Source of the DNA: an uncultured Rhodospirillaceae bacterium
Lineage (GTDB): Bacteria > Pseudomonadota > Alphaproteobacteria > MPNO01 > UBA830
Assembly: GCA_963974055.1 (NCBI GenBank)
Contig: CAXBCP010000004.1
Coordinates: forward strand, 69,397 to 133,396
Length of the DNA: 64,000 bases
Reading direction: 5' to 3'
The translations under genes were made by a program, and so were the position numbers. The notes under the pieces were generated by a model. It was not told the DNA's origin. It worked only from the letters and a program-made list of their open reading frames with translations, and did no database searches. Below, piece after piece: positions 54,875-64,000 of the stretch (position 1 is the stretch's first letter; each line of letters opens with the position of its first letter).

Positions 54875-55948
54875 ATGCGGAATTCTGTGAAGACGCTGAC
54901 GATCGCGATGGCGGCGATCGGGTTTGCGACCAGTGCGGTTGCAGCGGACGCCAAGTACGATCTCAAAATGACGACGACCACGCCCGAGGGCACGGTCACC
55001 TGGAAGATGTTCGCTGAGGACATTGAGAACAAGATCGCCATTGCGACCGACGGTGAGATGAAGATCCGGGCATATGGTTCGGGCGCGCTCGCGGGTCTCT
55101 TTGAAGGCCACAAGGCGGTGGCCGACGGCCGCGCGGATCTCGCGCATCAGTATCCGGCTTTTGAAATCAATCAGAGCCCGGCTTCGGCTTTCATCAGCGA
55201 CATTCCCGGCGGGATGGCTCCCGATGCAAAAATCATGTGGGTGCTGGCCGGCGGCGGCAAGGACCTGTGGGCAGGCTATCGCCACAGCCAGGGCCTTCAC
55301 GGCATGATCTGCGGCGCGATCGGCTCGGAAGTCTTCGCCCATTCGCACAAGAAAATCCAGACTCTGGCCGATCTGAAGGGCTTCAAATACCGTACGGCCG
55401 GTGCAAATACCCAGGTGATGCGCAAGCTTGGTGCGGCGCCCACGCTGGTTCCCGGACCGGAAGTGTTCACGCTGCTGGAGCGCAAGGGTGTCGATGGCGC
55501 CGAATATCTGGATCCCTACGGCAACAACTCGCTCGGCTTCCCGAAGATCGCCAAATACGTAATCCTGCCCGGCATTCATGCCCCGGGCGCGCTCTATGAA
55601 ATGCTGATGAAAAAATCGCTCTGGGACAGCTTTCCCAAGTCGATCCAGCAGAAGATGGAAATGGTCTGCGATTCCGTGCTGATCAATTCGTATGCCCTGA
55701 CCCTCGTCAATAACGTCAAGGCGATGAAGGCGATTGCCGCGAACACGACCAACGAAATCGTGACGCTCGACAAGGAAGTCGTCGACGCGATCCGTAAAGG
55801 CGGACGTGAGTGGGCCGCGGAAAAGTCCGCATCGGAAGCCAAAAAGGGCAACCCGTGGATGGGCAAGCTCGCCGAGAGCTACTACGCGTTCCAGGATGAA
55901 TGGAAAGCCAACTCCGCCTACCAGGTGATTGACGCTCAGTCCAAATAG
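54875..55948 (+). CDS. dctP: TRAP transporter substrate-binding protein (DctP family)
   Basis: Signal peptide, DctP-family length and conserved blocks; second ATG chosen (GGAGAAG RBS). Confidence 0.75.
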   Translation: MRNSVKTLTIAMAAIGFATSAVAADAKYDLKMTTTTPEGTVTWKMFAEDIENKIAIATDGEMKIRAYGSGALAGLFEGHKAVADGRADLAHQYPAFEINQSPASAFISDIPGGMAPDAKIMWVLAGGGKDLWAGYRHSQGLHGMICGAIGSEVFAHSHKKIQTLADLKGFKYRTAGANTQVMRKLGAAPTLVPGPEVFTLLERKGVDGAEYLDPYGNNSLGFPKIAKYVILPGIHAPGALYEMLMKKSLWDSFPKSIQQKMEMVCDSVLINSYALTLVNNVKAMKAIAANTTNEIVTLDKEVVDAIRKGGREWAAEKSASEAKKGNPWMGKLAESYYAFQDEWKANSAYQVIDAQSK

Positions 55949-56025
55949 GACGATTGCGGGCGGGCCGCGCCAAGGTGCGGCCCGTCTACCATCTTATCCC
56001 CGAGACGCCGCCGAAAGCGCATACA

Positions 56026-56568
56026 ATGTCCTATATTTCGCGGTTCTGTCTTGCGACAGAAAAACTGGTTCGCGTGACGGTCCTGTTCGGAGCCATTCTC
56101 TTTCCTGCCCTGATTATCGTCTGCGTATACGAAGTCGTGGCGCGGTATCTTTTCAACGCCTCTCAGATCTGGGCGTTCGACATTACCTTCATGCTGCACG
56201 GCGCGTTGTTCATGCTGAGCGGTGCCTACGGGCTACAGAAGAAGGTGCATGTCCGCATCGATGTGTTTTCCGACATGCTGCCGAAACGGGTACAGCATTT
56301 TATCTACGCTTTCATCTATCTGGGCTGTTTTCTGCCGGCGATCTGGATGCTGGGCGAAGCCGCGACCCTTCGGTCCTGGTCGGCCTACAGGACCGACGAG
56401 GTCGAACTGGTCAGTGCATGGGGGCCGCTTATCTGGCCGTTTTATACGGCGCTGGCGCTCGGGACGATCGCGCTGCTGCTGCAGACACTTGTTGAAATAA
56501 TTCGTCATGTTGTCGGAATTTTCGTCGTTGACGGCCCGGCAGGCCATGACCCGGCCCTGGGGGTTTAA
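56026..56568 (+). CDS. dctQ: TRAP transporter small permease (DctQ family)
   Basis: 4-TM about 180 aa; track ORF begins with TTG, internal ATG chosen. Confidence 0.7.
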   Translation: MSYISRFCLATEKLVRVTVLFGAILFPALIIVCVYEVVARYLFNASQIWAFDITFMLHGALFMLSGAYGLQKKVHVRIDVFSDMLPKRVQHFIYAFIYLGCFLPAIWMLGEAATLRSWSAYRTDEVELVSAWGPLIWPFYTALALGTIALLLQTLVEIIRHVVGIFVVDGPAGHDPALGV

Positions 56569-56571
56569 GGT

Positions 56572-57894
56572 ATGGTTGATATTCCGGCGCTCTGGATGTT
56601 CCCGGCCCTGTTTGTGCTGGTGTTCCTTGGTTTTCCTGTCGCCTTCAGCATGATTGCCCTGTCATTCGTGTTCGGTTTCTGGTTCTTCGGCGATACGCTC
56701 GGCCCGCAGATGTTCAGCCAGCTGCACAGTGTTGCCACCAATTACGTGCTCACCGCATTGCCGCTGTTCGTCTTTATGGGTGCGGCGCTTGAACGGTCCG
56801 GCATTGCCGAAAAGCTGTTCATCGCGATCCAGCTCTGGATCGGGAAACTGCGCGGCGGTCTTGCCCTGACCTCGATCTCCATGTGCGGCGTGTTTGCCGC
56901 CTGCTCCGGCGTCGTCGGTGCGGTCGAAACCGTTGTCGGCATGATGGCGATTCCGCCCATGGTCAAGCAGCGCTACAAACACGATCTGATTTCCGGCACG
57001 ATCTGCGCCGGCGGGTCTCTCGGGACCATCATTCCACCGACCGTGGTCGTCGTCGTCTACGGCTCGATCGTTGAACAATCCATCGGCGACCTTTTTGCCG
57101 GGGTTGTCATCCCCGGTCTTCTGATGACCGTGCTGTTCCTTGGCTACATCATTATTCGGTGTTATCTGCGGCCCGAGGATGCGCCGGCGGTGGACGACGG
57201 CAGCCAGGAAGATGTTTCCCTGGGCCACAAGCTGTCGGCCACGATGATTGCAATCGTGCCTGCCGTGGGTCTGGTTGTCGCGGTTCTGGGTTCGATCCTG
57301 GCTGGCATCGCCTCGCCGACCGAGGCCGCGGCTGTCGGCGCGCTCGGCGCCGTCTTGCTGATTGCCGCCTATGGGCGCATGTCCGGTGCCGTGTTCGCCG
57401 ACGTGTTGACGCGTTCGATCAAGATCAACGCGATGGTCATGTTCGCGGTGATGGGCGGTGTCATGTTCTCCAGTATTTTTCTGGTCAATGGCGGTAATGA
57501 CCTGATCCGGGAATTTCTCGCGACCTTCAATCCGTCGAAGACCCAGCTGACGATCCTGATGCTGGGGGTGATCTTCCTGCTCGGTTTCATTCTCGACTGG
57601 GTCGCGATCGTTCTGATCTGCATGCCGATCTTCACGCCGCTGATCCGGGCTGCCGAAATAGACCCGATCTGGTTCGGCATTATGGTCTGCGTCGTCATCC
57701 AGACGTCCTATCTCACGCCGCCGGTGGCGCCGTCGATCTATTACCTGCGCGCCATTTCGCCGCCCGAGATCAAGCTTGTCTCTATGTTCAAGGGGGTTAT
57801 TCCATTCATTATCTGTCAGTTGATCGTGCTGTTCGTCGTGGCGATGTATCCGCCGACGGCCCTGTGGCTCCCCGAACTGATTTTCGGCAACTAG
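56572..57894 (+). CDS. dctM: TRAP transporter large permease (DctM family)
   Basis: 440 aa, 12 TM. Confidence 0.85.
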   Translation: MVDIPALWMFPALFVLVFLGFPVAFSMIALSFVFGFWFFGDTLGPQMFSQLHSVATNYVLTALPLFVFMGAALERSGIAEKLFIAIQLWIGKLRGGLALTSISMCGVFAACSGVVGAVETVVGMMAIPPMVKQRYKHDLISGTICAGGSLGTIIPPTVVVVVYGSIVEQSIGDLFAGVVIPGLLMTVLFLGYIIIRCYLRPEDAPAVDDGSQEDVSLGHKLSATMIAIVPAVGLVVAVLGSILAGIASPTEAAAVGALGAVLLIAAYGRMSGAVFADVLTRSIKINAMVMFAVMGGVMFSSIFLVNGGNDLIREFLATFNPSKTQLTILMLGVIFLLGFILDWVAIVLICMPIFTPLIRAAEIDPIWFGIMVCVVIQTSYLTPPVAPSIYYLRAISPPEIKLVSMFKGVIPFIICQLIVLFVVAMYPPTALWLPELIFGN

Positions 57895-57922
57895 TCGCGG
57901 TTCGATCGCGAGCGGCTGATAA

Positions 57923-59386
57923 ATGATCGGGAATGTAATCCGGCAAAAAATTCTGATTCGCGGCGGCCTTGTCGTCACGCTGGATCCGGAGGATCGTATC
58001 CTGACGTCCGCCGATGTGCTGATCGAGGACGGCATCATCACGGCCGTGGGATCGGTCGGGCGCGACGTCGACGCGGGATGCGACCGGGTTATCGATGCGA
58101 CCGACCGGCTGCTAATGCCGGGACTGGTGAACGCACACACGCATTCGCCTCTAAGCGTGGTCCACGGGGCATTCGACCTGTTGAACCATCGCGCATCGAT
58201 GTGGCTGTTCCAAGCCTATACGGCGAACCGGACGTCGCGCGAAGTATATGTCAGCACGATGCTGAACTGTATCGAGATGCTGCTGACCGGGACGACCGCG
58301 ACTCTCGACCACTTTCCCGAACAGGCTTTCGGCCCCGACGACGTGACCGCCGTTGTCGCGGCTTACCGTGATTCGGGGATGCGCGCCCATGTGGCGCTGC
58401 GGATTTTCGACGGCGAATATACCGACATTCTGCCGCCGGACGGCACGTTGCCCGACGAATTGCAGCGCGAGGTGGAACGCCTCAATCCCTATCAACCGCG
58501 CTCCGTTTCCGAGTTACGCGACCTCTGCACCGGCGCGATTGAAGGCTGGCACGGCGAAGCGGGCAGGATCAGTGTCGGACCGGCACCGTCGAACCCGATG
58601 CGCTGCAGCGACGACCTGCTCGATATGTGCGTACAACTCGTGGACCGTTTCGGCGTCGGGGTGCATACGCACCTGCTGGAAACCGAAATCCAGACGCATA
58701 TCGCCCAAAACCTGTACGGATCCACGACGGTGCGCCACCTCGACGACCTCGGGTTGCTGACGCAACAGCTCAGCTGCGCTCATACGATATGGATCGGCGG
58801 TGACGATATTGCGCTGATGGCCGACCGGGGCGCATCCGTGGTCCACAATCCTGAAAGCAACCTGTTGACGGCAAGCGGTTTGGCGCCGATTCCCGAGATG
58901 CTTGCGCAGGGCGTGCGGGTGGCGCTCGGCAGCGACGGTTCCTGCAGCAGTGGCGATCAGGCTATACATCGTGCGATGAAGCTCGCGACTGCCATTCACC
59001 GTGTCGGTGAGACGGATCGGCATCGTTGGGTCAGCACCCGCCAGGCGCTGGGAATGGCGACCGGCGGCGGCGCGGCGGCGATGTTCGCCGACGGCAAATT
59101 CGGCGCAATTTCAGTCGGGCAGGTGGCTGACCTGGCGCTCTATGATCTGACACGGCCGTGGTGGTGCCCGGTCAACGATCCGATCCATCAATTCGTCCAG
59201 TCGGAGACCGGTGCGGGCGTCGATACGGTGATTGTCGATGGCTGTGTTCTGGTGGAAGGCGGAAAAATTACGGCGTTCGATGCCGACGAACTCGTCGCGG
59301 AGGCCCGCGAACTGGTTCCCGCCATGAAAAGCCGCAACCGCGCCCTGTTCGATATGGTGGAGCAGGTCGGCAAAGCCGTCATATAA
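57923..59386 (+). CDS. TRZ/ATZ-family amidohydrolase (paralogue of 40884..42407)
   Basis: VNAHTHS and HTHLLETE motifs. Confidence 0.75.
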   Translation: MIGNVIRQKILIRGGLVVTLDPEDRILTSADVLIEDGIITAVGSVGRDVDAGCDRVIDATDRLLMPGLVNAHTHSPLSVVHGAFDLLNHRASMWLFQAYTANRTSREVYVSTMLNCIEMLLTGTTATLDHFPEQAFGPDDVTAVVAAYRDSGMRAHVALRIFDGEYTDILPPDGTLPDELQREVERLNPYQPRSVSELRDLCTGAIEGWHGEAGRISVGPAPSNPMRCSDDLLDMCVQLVDRFGVGVHTHLLETEIQTHIAQNLYGSTTVRHLDDLGLLTQQLSCAHTIWIGGDDIALMADRGASVVHNPESNLLTASGLAPIPEMLAQGVRVALGSDGSCSSGDQAIHRAMKLATAIHRVGETDRHRWVSTRQALGMATGGGAAAMFADGKFGAISVGQVADLALYDLTRPWWCPVNDPIHQFVQSETGAGVDTVIVDGCVLVEGGKITAFDADELVAEARELVPAMKSRNRALFDMVEQVGKAVI

Positions 59387-59496
59387 AAACCCCTGCCGCT
59401 GAATCTCAAATTCTGTAAACGCCCCCACTTGACGGAGAACAGCTTTCCTCCGAGTGTTGAATCGGGTTCCCGCAGAGGGACCGATCGGGAGGAACA

Positions 59497-61425
59497 GTGG
59501 CACAAAGCGAAGAATCGGGCGAAAAAACGCGCCATATTTCAGGGCCCGTGGGTGTTGCGCATCAGGCTATTCTGATTTCTCTGGCCTTGCTCGGTGCCGT
59601 CTGGTCGCTCGAAATCCACGCGGATCTCGGGATCATTATTTTCAAGGAACAGTTTCTCGCCCTGATATTTACGCTTGGCATGGTCGGCGTGTTCCTTTCC
59701 GTACCGGCGTCGAAGTCGGGGCCTTCCGAGACCGCGCCGCCCTGGTACGACTGGGTGCTGGTCGTTGCCTCCGCGGTGGTCGGCGGTTATGTCGTTTTCG
59801 GCTATCCGGTCATCAGGAACGATCTCGGCCTGTTATCGACCGAACGGATCGTGCTGGGCACGGTTGCCCTTGTCGTGGTGATGGAAGCGACCCGAAGAAT
59901 CGCCGGCTGGGCGCTTGTGCTGATGGCGGGGTTCCTGATTTTCTACGCCGCGTTTTCCGATTATTTCCCCGGGTTTCTCGAAGCCCCGTCAGAAGGCTGG
60001 GACCGGCTCAGCATCTATATGTATCTCGACAGCAATGCGCTGTTCGGGCTGCCGCTGTCGGTCACTGCCAGCATGATCATCGCATTTATTCTGTTCGGCC
60101 GGATGCTGTATGCGGTCCATGGGGCAGAGGTCCTGACGGATTTCGCGATGGCGGCGATGGGCGGCTATCGCGGCGGTCCGGCAAAGGTCGCCGTGCTGGC
60201 GTCGAGCTTCTTCGGCACGATATCGGGCAGCGCCGTCGCCAATGTGCTGATGGACGGCCCGATCACGATTCCGATGATGCGCAAGGCCGGCTATCCCGGC
60301 CATCTCGCCGCCGCGACGGAGGCGGTCGCATCCACCGGCGGGCAGATCATGCCGCCGGTCATGGGCATTACCGCCTTTATCATGGCGGAATTCCTGTCAG
60401 TGCCTTACGGCGAGGTCGTGCTGGCGGCGCTTATTCCGGCGTTGCTCTATTACGTCGCCTTGTTCGCCCAGATCGATATCGAGGCGTCGAAATACAAGAT
60501 GAAAGGGCTGCCCCGCGATCAGTTGCCCCGCATGAGGCTCGTCCTCGGCCGGGCGTGGGTTTTCGTTGTCCCGATTTTCATCCTGGTCTGGACCCTGATG
60601 ATCGAGCGCTGGCAACCCGGTAAATCGGCGATGACAGCCGCCATCGTCACGGTGGTTATCGGGTTCCTGCACCCGTATACACGCCCGACCCTGGCGCGGC
60701 TCTACGGAGAACTGCGCGAGACCGGCCGCATCATCCTGGACCTGATGGTCATCACGGCCGCCGCCGGCATCATTATCGGCCTGTTGCAGCTTACCGGGCT
60801 CGCCTTCAATGTTTCGCTGCTGCTGACATCCGCGGCCGGCGGCAATTTGCCGGTCCTGCTTATGCTGACGGCGCTGGTATGCATCGTGCTCGGCATGGGG
60901 ATGCCGTCAGCCGTAATTTATATCGTCCTGTCGGTGATTGCCGCGCCCGCACTGGTCGAGGCCGGTGTTGTCGAAATGTCGGCCCATCTCTTCCTGTTCT
61001 ATTTCGGGATGCTGTCGATGATCACGCCGCCGGTATGCCTTGCGACGATTGCGGCGGCATCGGTTGCGGGAACCAATTTCTGGCAGACAGGTTGGGCCGG
61101 CATGCGGCTCGGATTCGTGGCTTATCTGGTACCGTTCCTGATCGTTTATTATCCCGAACTGATCTTTGTCGGCGCGCCGAGCGAAATCTTCGCGGTTTTT
61201 GTAAAGTCGATCGTCGGCGTCATGGTACTCAGCTGTTGTGTGTCGGGGTTCCTTTTTGTCCCCCTGGGCAGTGTCGTAAGATTCGTGATCGGAGTTGCCG
61301 GTCTTGCCCTGCTGGTTGCGCCCTACGATACGGCGCCGGGCCTCGTCGTGATCGCTGTCGCCCTTTGTCTGGTGGCGGTTCTTTTTGTTCGAGGGCGTGC
61401 CCGCGGGAAAGCGGAGGCGGCCTGA
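59497..61425 (+). CDS. TRAP transporter fused 4TM/12TM permease (TAXI-associated type)
   Basis: 642 aa polytopic protein typical of fused DctQM of TAXI systems. Confidence 0.8.
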   Translation: MAQSEESGEKTRHISGPVGVAHQAILISLALLGAVWSLEIHADLGIIIFKEQFLALIFTLGMVGVFLSVPASKSGPSETAPPWYDWVLVVASAVVGGYVVFGYPVIRNDLGLLSTERIVLGTVALVVVMEATRRIAGWALVLMAGFLIFYAAFSDYFPGFLEAPSEGWDRLSIYMYLDSNALFGLPLSVTASMIIAFILFGRMLYAVHGAEVLTDFAMAAMGGYRGGPAKVAVLASSFFGTISGSAVANVLMDGPITIPMMRKAGYPGHLAAATEAVASTGGQIMPPVMGITAFIMAEFLSVPYGEVVLAALIPALLYYVALFAQIDIEASKYKMKGLPRDQLPRMRLVLGRAWVFVVPIFILVWTLMIERWQPGKSAMTAAIVTVVIGFLHPYTRPTLARLYGELRETGRIILDLMVITAAAGIIIGLLQLTGLAFNVSLLLTSAAGGNLPVLLMLTALVCIVLGMGMPSAVIYIVLSVIAAPALVEAGVVEMSAHLFLFYFGMLSMITPPVCLATIAAASVAGTNFWQTGWAGMRLGFVAYLVPFLIVYYPELIFVGAPSEIFAVFVKSIVGVMVLSCCVSGFLFVPLGSVVRFVIGVAGLALLVAPYDTAPGLVVIAVALCLVAVLFVRGRARGKAEAA

Positions 61426-61548
61426 ACGCCGCTTTTCGTTTGACCCGATTTTGTCTTGATCCTACGCTGATCCGGAGTCTTGGACGCAGACTATGACAAC
61501 AAAAACGGCGGTTTATCTGCCATTAATCAATCGATAGGGAGACATTCT

Positions 61549-62538
61549 ATGAAGACGATAGCAGCTATTCTTGCCGCCACGGGTGCATTGACGCTCGCCG
61601 CCGGTGCCGCTGACGCGAAGACGCTTATCATGGCCCTCGATCGCGCCGGCACGTTGTACAATGCCAGCGGATCCGGTGTCGCAAAGGTGGCGTCGCAGCA
61701 TTCCGGGCATCGCGTAATCGTTCGGGCGTTCGGTGGTCCGGACTCTTATTTTGGCGCGCTGAACGACGGCAAGTACGATTTTTCGACGGTTTCGTCCTCG
61801 ACCGCCTGGTTCAACTACCACGGCAAGAATTCAGCCAAAAAAGAATACAAGAACGTCCGGATTATCCGATCGGGTTCGGGTGCGCTTCGGCTGGGCTTCG
61901 TCGTTTATGACGATTCCCCGATCAAGAAAATATCGGACCTGAAAGGCATGCGCGTTGCGTCAGATTTCGGCGGGCATTCGGTTATCGGCCCGATGGTTGC
62001 GGCATCGCTTGCGGTCGGCAACCTGACCTGGAAAGACGTCCGGGCCGTGCCGGTCACCGGCGCGCTCGATTCGCCGCGTGCCCTCGGCGCGGAACGGACG
62101 GATGCCAGCTGGGCGTCGCTCGGTATGCCGGCGGTGCGTGAAATTCACGCGAAACGCAAGGTCCGCTACCTGTCATTCGGCGCCGATCCCGCGACGCTGA
62201 AAAGCATCCAGGATGCTACGTTCCCGGGTGTGCGGATGTCGAAGCTGCCGCCGCTCAAGCATCTTGGCCTGCCGGCGCCGACGCACCTGCTGACGTACGA
62301 TTCGTATGTCATCACGCACAAGGACCAGGATCCGAAGATCATCCGCGCTGTGCTGGAAGGCCTGTGGAAGGGCACCGAGGAAATCCGCAAGGCCCATTTC
62401 TCGCTTCGCGGTTTTACGCAGAAATCCGCGGCGAGCGATCTGCCGATGATCCCGCATCACCCGGAGGCCATCGCTTTCTACAAGGAAAAAGGCATCTGGA
62501 CGGATGAGATCGCAAAAGCCGATGCGATGCTGAAATAG
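61549..62538 (+). CDS. TAXI-family TRAP transporter solute receptor
   Basis: Start at MKTIAAILAATGALTLAAGAADA (aa offset 23, AGGGAG RBS); TAXI-family size and context. Confidence 0.7.
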   Translation: MKTIAAILAATGALTLAAGAADAKTLIMALDRAGTLYNASGSGVAKVASQHSGHRVIVRAFGGPDSYFGALNDGKYDFSTVSSSTAWFNYHGKNSAKKEYKNVRIIRSGSGALRLGFVVYDDSPIKKISDLKGMRVASDFGGHSVIGPMVAASLAVGNLTWKDVRAVPVTGALDSPRALGAERTDASWASLGMPAVREIHAKRKVRYLSFGADPATLKSIQDATFPGVRMSKLPPLKHLGLPAPTHLLTYDSYVITHKDQDPKIIRAVLEGLWKGTEEIRKAHFSLRGFTQKSAASDLPMIPHHPEAIAFYKEKGIWTDEIAKADAMLK

Positions 62539-62550
62539 CAATGTCCCGGT

Positions 62551-62581
62551 GGCACGGAGGCCCTGTCGGGGCCTTCGTGCC
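62551..62581 (+). terminator. 13-bp GC-rich hairpin (GGCACGGAGGCCC-TGTC-GGGCCTTCGTGCC, one G.U) 13 nt after TAXI receptor stop
   Basis: Read directly; no U-tract, common for high-GC genomes. Confidence 0.35.
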
Positions 62582-62621
62582 GCCTTCGCGGCATGGCCGT
62601 CCCGAGACCGGATAGGAATTC

Positions 62622-63527
62622 ATGATCGGCGTCAGCCTCCGGCGGCTCGAAGTTTTCAAGACGGTTGTCGATATCGGCAGGTTCGGCGCGGCGGCTGATC
62701 ATCTTGGTATCGCCCAGCCGTCCGTCAGCGCCCATATCAAGGCGCTCGAAAACCATCTCGGGCAGCCTTTGTTCATTCGTCATCGCGGCAGGCCGCCACG
62801 CCTGACGACAATGGGCGAAACCTTCTATACCTACGCCGCCGATGCGTTATCGCGCGCGTCCGATATCGGAACGACGCTCAGGGCAGCCGGCGAGGCGGAA
62901 CCCGGCCGCTTCAGCGTGGCCGCGCAGCGGAACCTGGCGAACCTGATTCTCCCGGGGCATCTGGCGGCTTTTCTGAAATCCCATCCGGGTGCGAAAATCG
63001 TTTCCTATAGCGAGGTCCAGGAAAAAGTACTGGCCATGATTCGCGATGCCGAGGTCGACCTGGCACTGTTTCTCGCCATCGGGCCGGTTAGCGGAATCCG
63101 GTCCGAACTGATGGGGCATCTCGACCTGGTTCTGGTTGTCTCGCCGGACCATCCCCTTGCAGGGCGGCGGAAAATAGCGCCCGAAGAACTGGCCGGTCAG
63201 GCTTTTATCGGCGGTATCGAGGAATCGAATTTCGCCCGGATGATCGCAGTCATGCTGCGCCGGGCGGGAATCAGGGACTACGACGTTGTCCTGCAGTTGC
63301 AGGATGGGGTCGCCGCAAAGCAGATGGCGCAGCTTGGTGTCGGGTTTACGTGTTCGCTGCGCTGTGCGGTCGAGCCCGAAATCGCGGCCGGCACGCTGGT
63401 GCCGCTCGACCTTTCCAGTGGTCCCGGTCCCCTGCAGGTTCGTTGGGCCTATGCCGAGAACCGGGAAATTCCCGAAATCGCCTTTACCCTGATCCGGTAC
63501 CTGAATGACCGGCGGCCGTTTTCCTGA
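62622..63527 (+). CDS. LysR-family transcriptional regulator
   Basis: HTH GAAADHLGIAQPSVSAHIKALE. Confidence 0.8.
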   Translation: MIGVSLRRLEVFKTVVDIGRFGAAADHLGIAQPSVSAHIKALENHLGQPLFIRHRGRPPRLTTMGETFYTYAADALSRASDIGTTLRAAGEAEPGRFSVAAQRNLANLILPGHLAAFLKSHPGAKIVSYSEVQEKVLAMIRDAEVDLALFLAIGPVSGIRSELMGHLDLVLVVSPDHPLAGRRKIAPEELAGQAFIGGIEESNFARMIAVMLRRAGIRDYDVVLQLQDGVAAKQMAQLGVGFTCSLRCAVEPEIAAGTLVPLDLSSGPGPLQVRWAYAENREIPEIAFTLIRYLNDRRPFS

Positions 63528-63592
63528 CAGCCGTATAGCACATAGCGCGGGCCTGAATTTTGCGGATAGGCGTTTTGACCCAAATGGAACAA

Positions 63593-63614
63593 GTCATAGT
63601 TAAAAAGCTATGAC
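63593..63614. promoter_or_regulatory. Perfect palindrome GTCATAG-TTAAAAAG-CTATGAC in AT-rich intergenic region
   Basis: Read directly; local GC far below window average. Confidence 0.3.
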
Positions 63615-63727
63615 ATAGAAGTCATATCGACCATTGCCGCGGCTGGCCTGCGGGGCCATGATCGCCGCGAAGAGACGAATTGAGAATTGCCGTCACCTTG
63701 AACGCAGGGTGCCCGGCCAAAAACAGC

Positions 63728-63745
63728 GTCCCCGCAAACGGGGAC
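63728..63745 (+). other. Perfect 7-bp stem hairpin GTCCCCG-CAAA-CGGGGAC in 5' leader about 33 nt before next start codon
   Basis: Read directly. Confidence 0.3.
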
Positions 63746-63777
63746 GAGACGAACATAATAATCCTGGGAGTGAAACG

Positions 63778-64000
63778 ATGAAACGATTTACGATGACAAC
63801 CGGTGTCGCACTGGCAATGGCCGTGGCCCCGTTCGCGGCCGCCTCTGCCGATTCGGTGTCGGATTTCTATAAAGGCAGAACCATCAAGTTCCTGTCGGGC
63901 GGCAGCGCCGGGGGCGGGTTCTCGTCCGTCGCGCGCCTGCTCGCGAAACATATGGCACCGCGTGTTCCCGGCCAGCCGAACATGATTGTCGAAGCCATGG
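63778..64000 (+). CDS. Periplasmic solute-binding protein, 5' end only (runs off window)
   Basis: ATG preceded by GGGAG RBS; signal peptide MKRFTMTTGVALAMAVAPFAAASA then FYKGRTIKFLSGGSAGGGFSSVARLL motif; no stop before window end so absent from ORF track. Confidence 0.4.
   Translation, partial: MKRFTMTTGVALAMAVAPFAAASADSVSDFYKGRTIKFLSGGSAGGGFSSVARLLAKHMAPRVPGQPNMIVEAM

Noticed and set aside
1-64000. Mobile elements, integrases, tRNA/rRNA, toxin-antitoxin or phage-defence genes
   Set aside because: None recognised on either strand. The window looks like core or accessory metabolic chromosome rather than a mobile island.

Overview
This is a high-GC (about 65%) proteobacterial chromosomal segment that is densely coding, mostly in tightly packed operons whose genes often overlap by 4 nt at stop/start (ATGA or GTGA). 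I recognised no rRNA, tRNA, CRISPR array, transposase or prophage gene. The ORF track counts GTG and TTG as start codons. Where I refined a start I did it by amino-acid offset from the track, and coordinates I read from the printed sequence for non-coding motifs may be off by 1-2 nt. Four functional blocks:
(1) 1-5.9 kb, a haem-uptake locus. It holds the 3' end of a TonB-dependent receptor, an HmuTUV-type ABC importer, an ABM-fold (IsdG/HmuQ-like) monooxygenase, a VOC (vicinal oxygen chelate, glyoxalase/bleomycin-resistance) protein, and a convergent tonB-hemP pair preceded by a Fur-box-like palindrome.
(2) 6.8-26.5 kb, a single-strand aryl-polyene (APE)/flexirubin-like type II PKS-type pigment cluster. 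It is the main candidate system in the window. The core is strikingly collinear with the enterobacterial apeC-apeR architecture: chain-length-factor-like ketosynthase, lysophospholipid-type acyltransferase, two ACPs, membrane protein, aryl-acid adenylating ligase fused to a hotdog dehydratase, GT2 glycosyltransferase, 4HBT thioesterase, LolA-like protein, MMPL exporter, DUF3261-type lipoprotein, then ketosynthase-dehydratase-ketoreductase-ketosynthase. It differs in three ways. An aromatic amino acid ammonia-lyase (TAL/PAL/HAL family) and an LpxL-type acyltransferase are inserted after the glycosyltransferase. An sfp-type PPTase sits at the 3' end. Upstream lies a translationally coupled operon of a small membrane protein, a methyltransferase-domain protein and a sulfatase/phosphoethanolamine-transferase-like membrane enzyme. 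A PagL-like outer-membrane lipid A deacylase and a lipoprotein flank the 3' end.
(3) 27.6-43.4 kb, a catabolic island. It contains an OsmC-like protein, a threonine-synthase-family PLP enzyme, two luciferase-like flavin oxidoreductases, hydantoinase A/B (ATP-dependent), two amidohydrolases, a NitT/TauT-type ABC importer and a LysR regulator.
(4) 43.5-63.5 kb, an N-heterocycle catabolic island. It holds an isochorismatase-like cysteine hydrolase, an SDR, a cyclic amidohydrolase (dihydropyrimidinase/allantoinase type), an AtzD/TrzD/barbiturase-family ring-opening amidohydrolase and an M20 amidohydrolase. It also has a three-gene xanthine-dehydrogenase-family molybdoenzyme (the 2Fe-2S subunit fused to a CoxG domain), a 2OG-Fe(II) oxygenase, a DctPQM TRAP transporter, another TRZ/ATZ-type amidohydrolase, a TAXI-type TRAP transporter and a second LysR regulator.
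The window ends with the 5' end of a further solute-binding protein gene after an unusually AT-rich intergenic region that carries two perfect palindromes.
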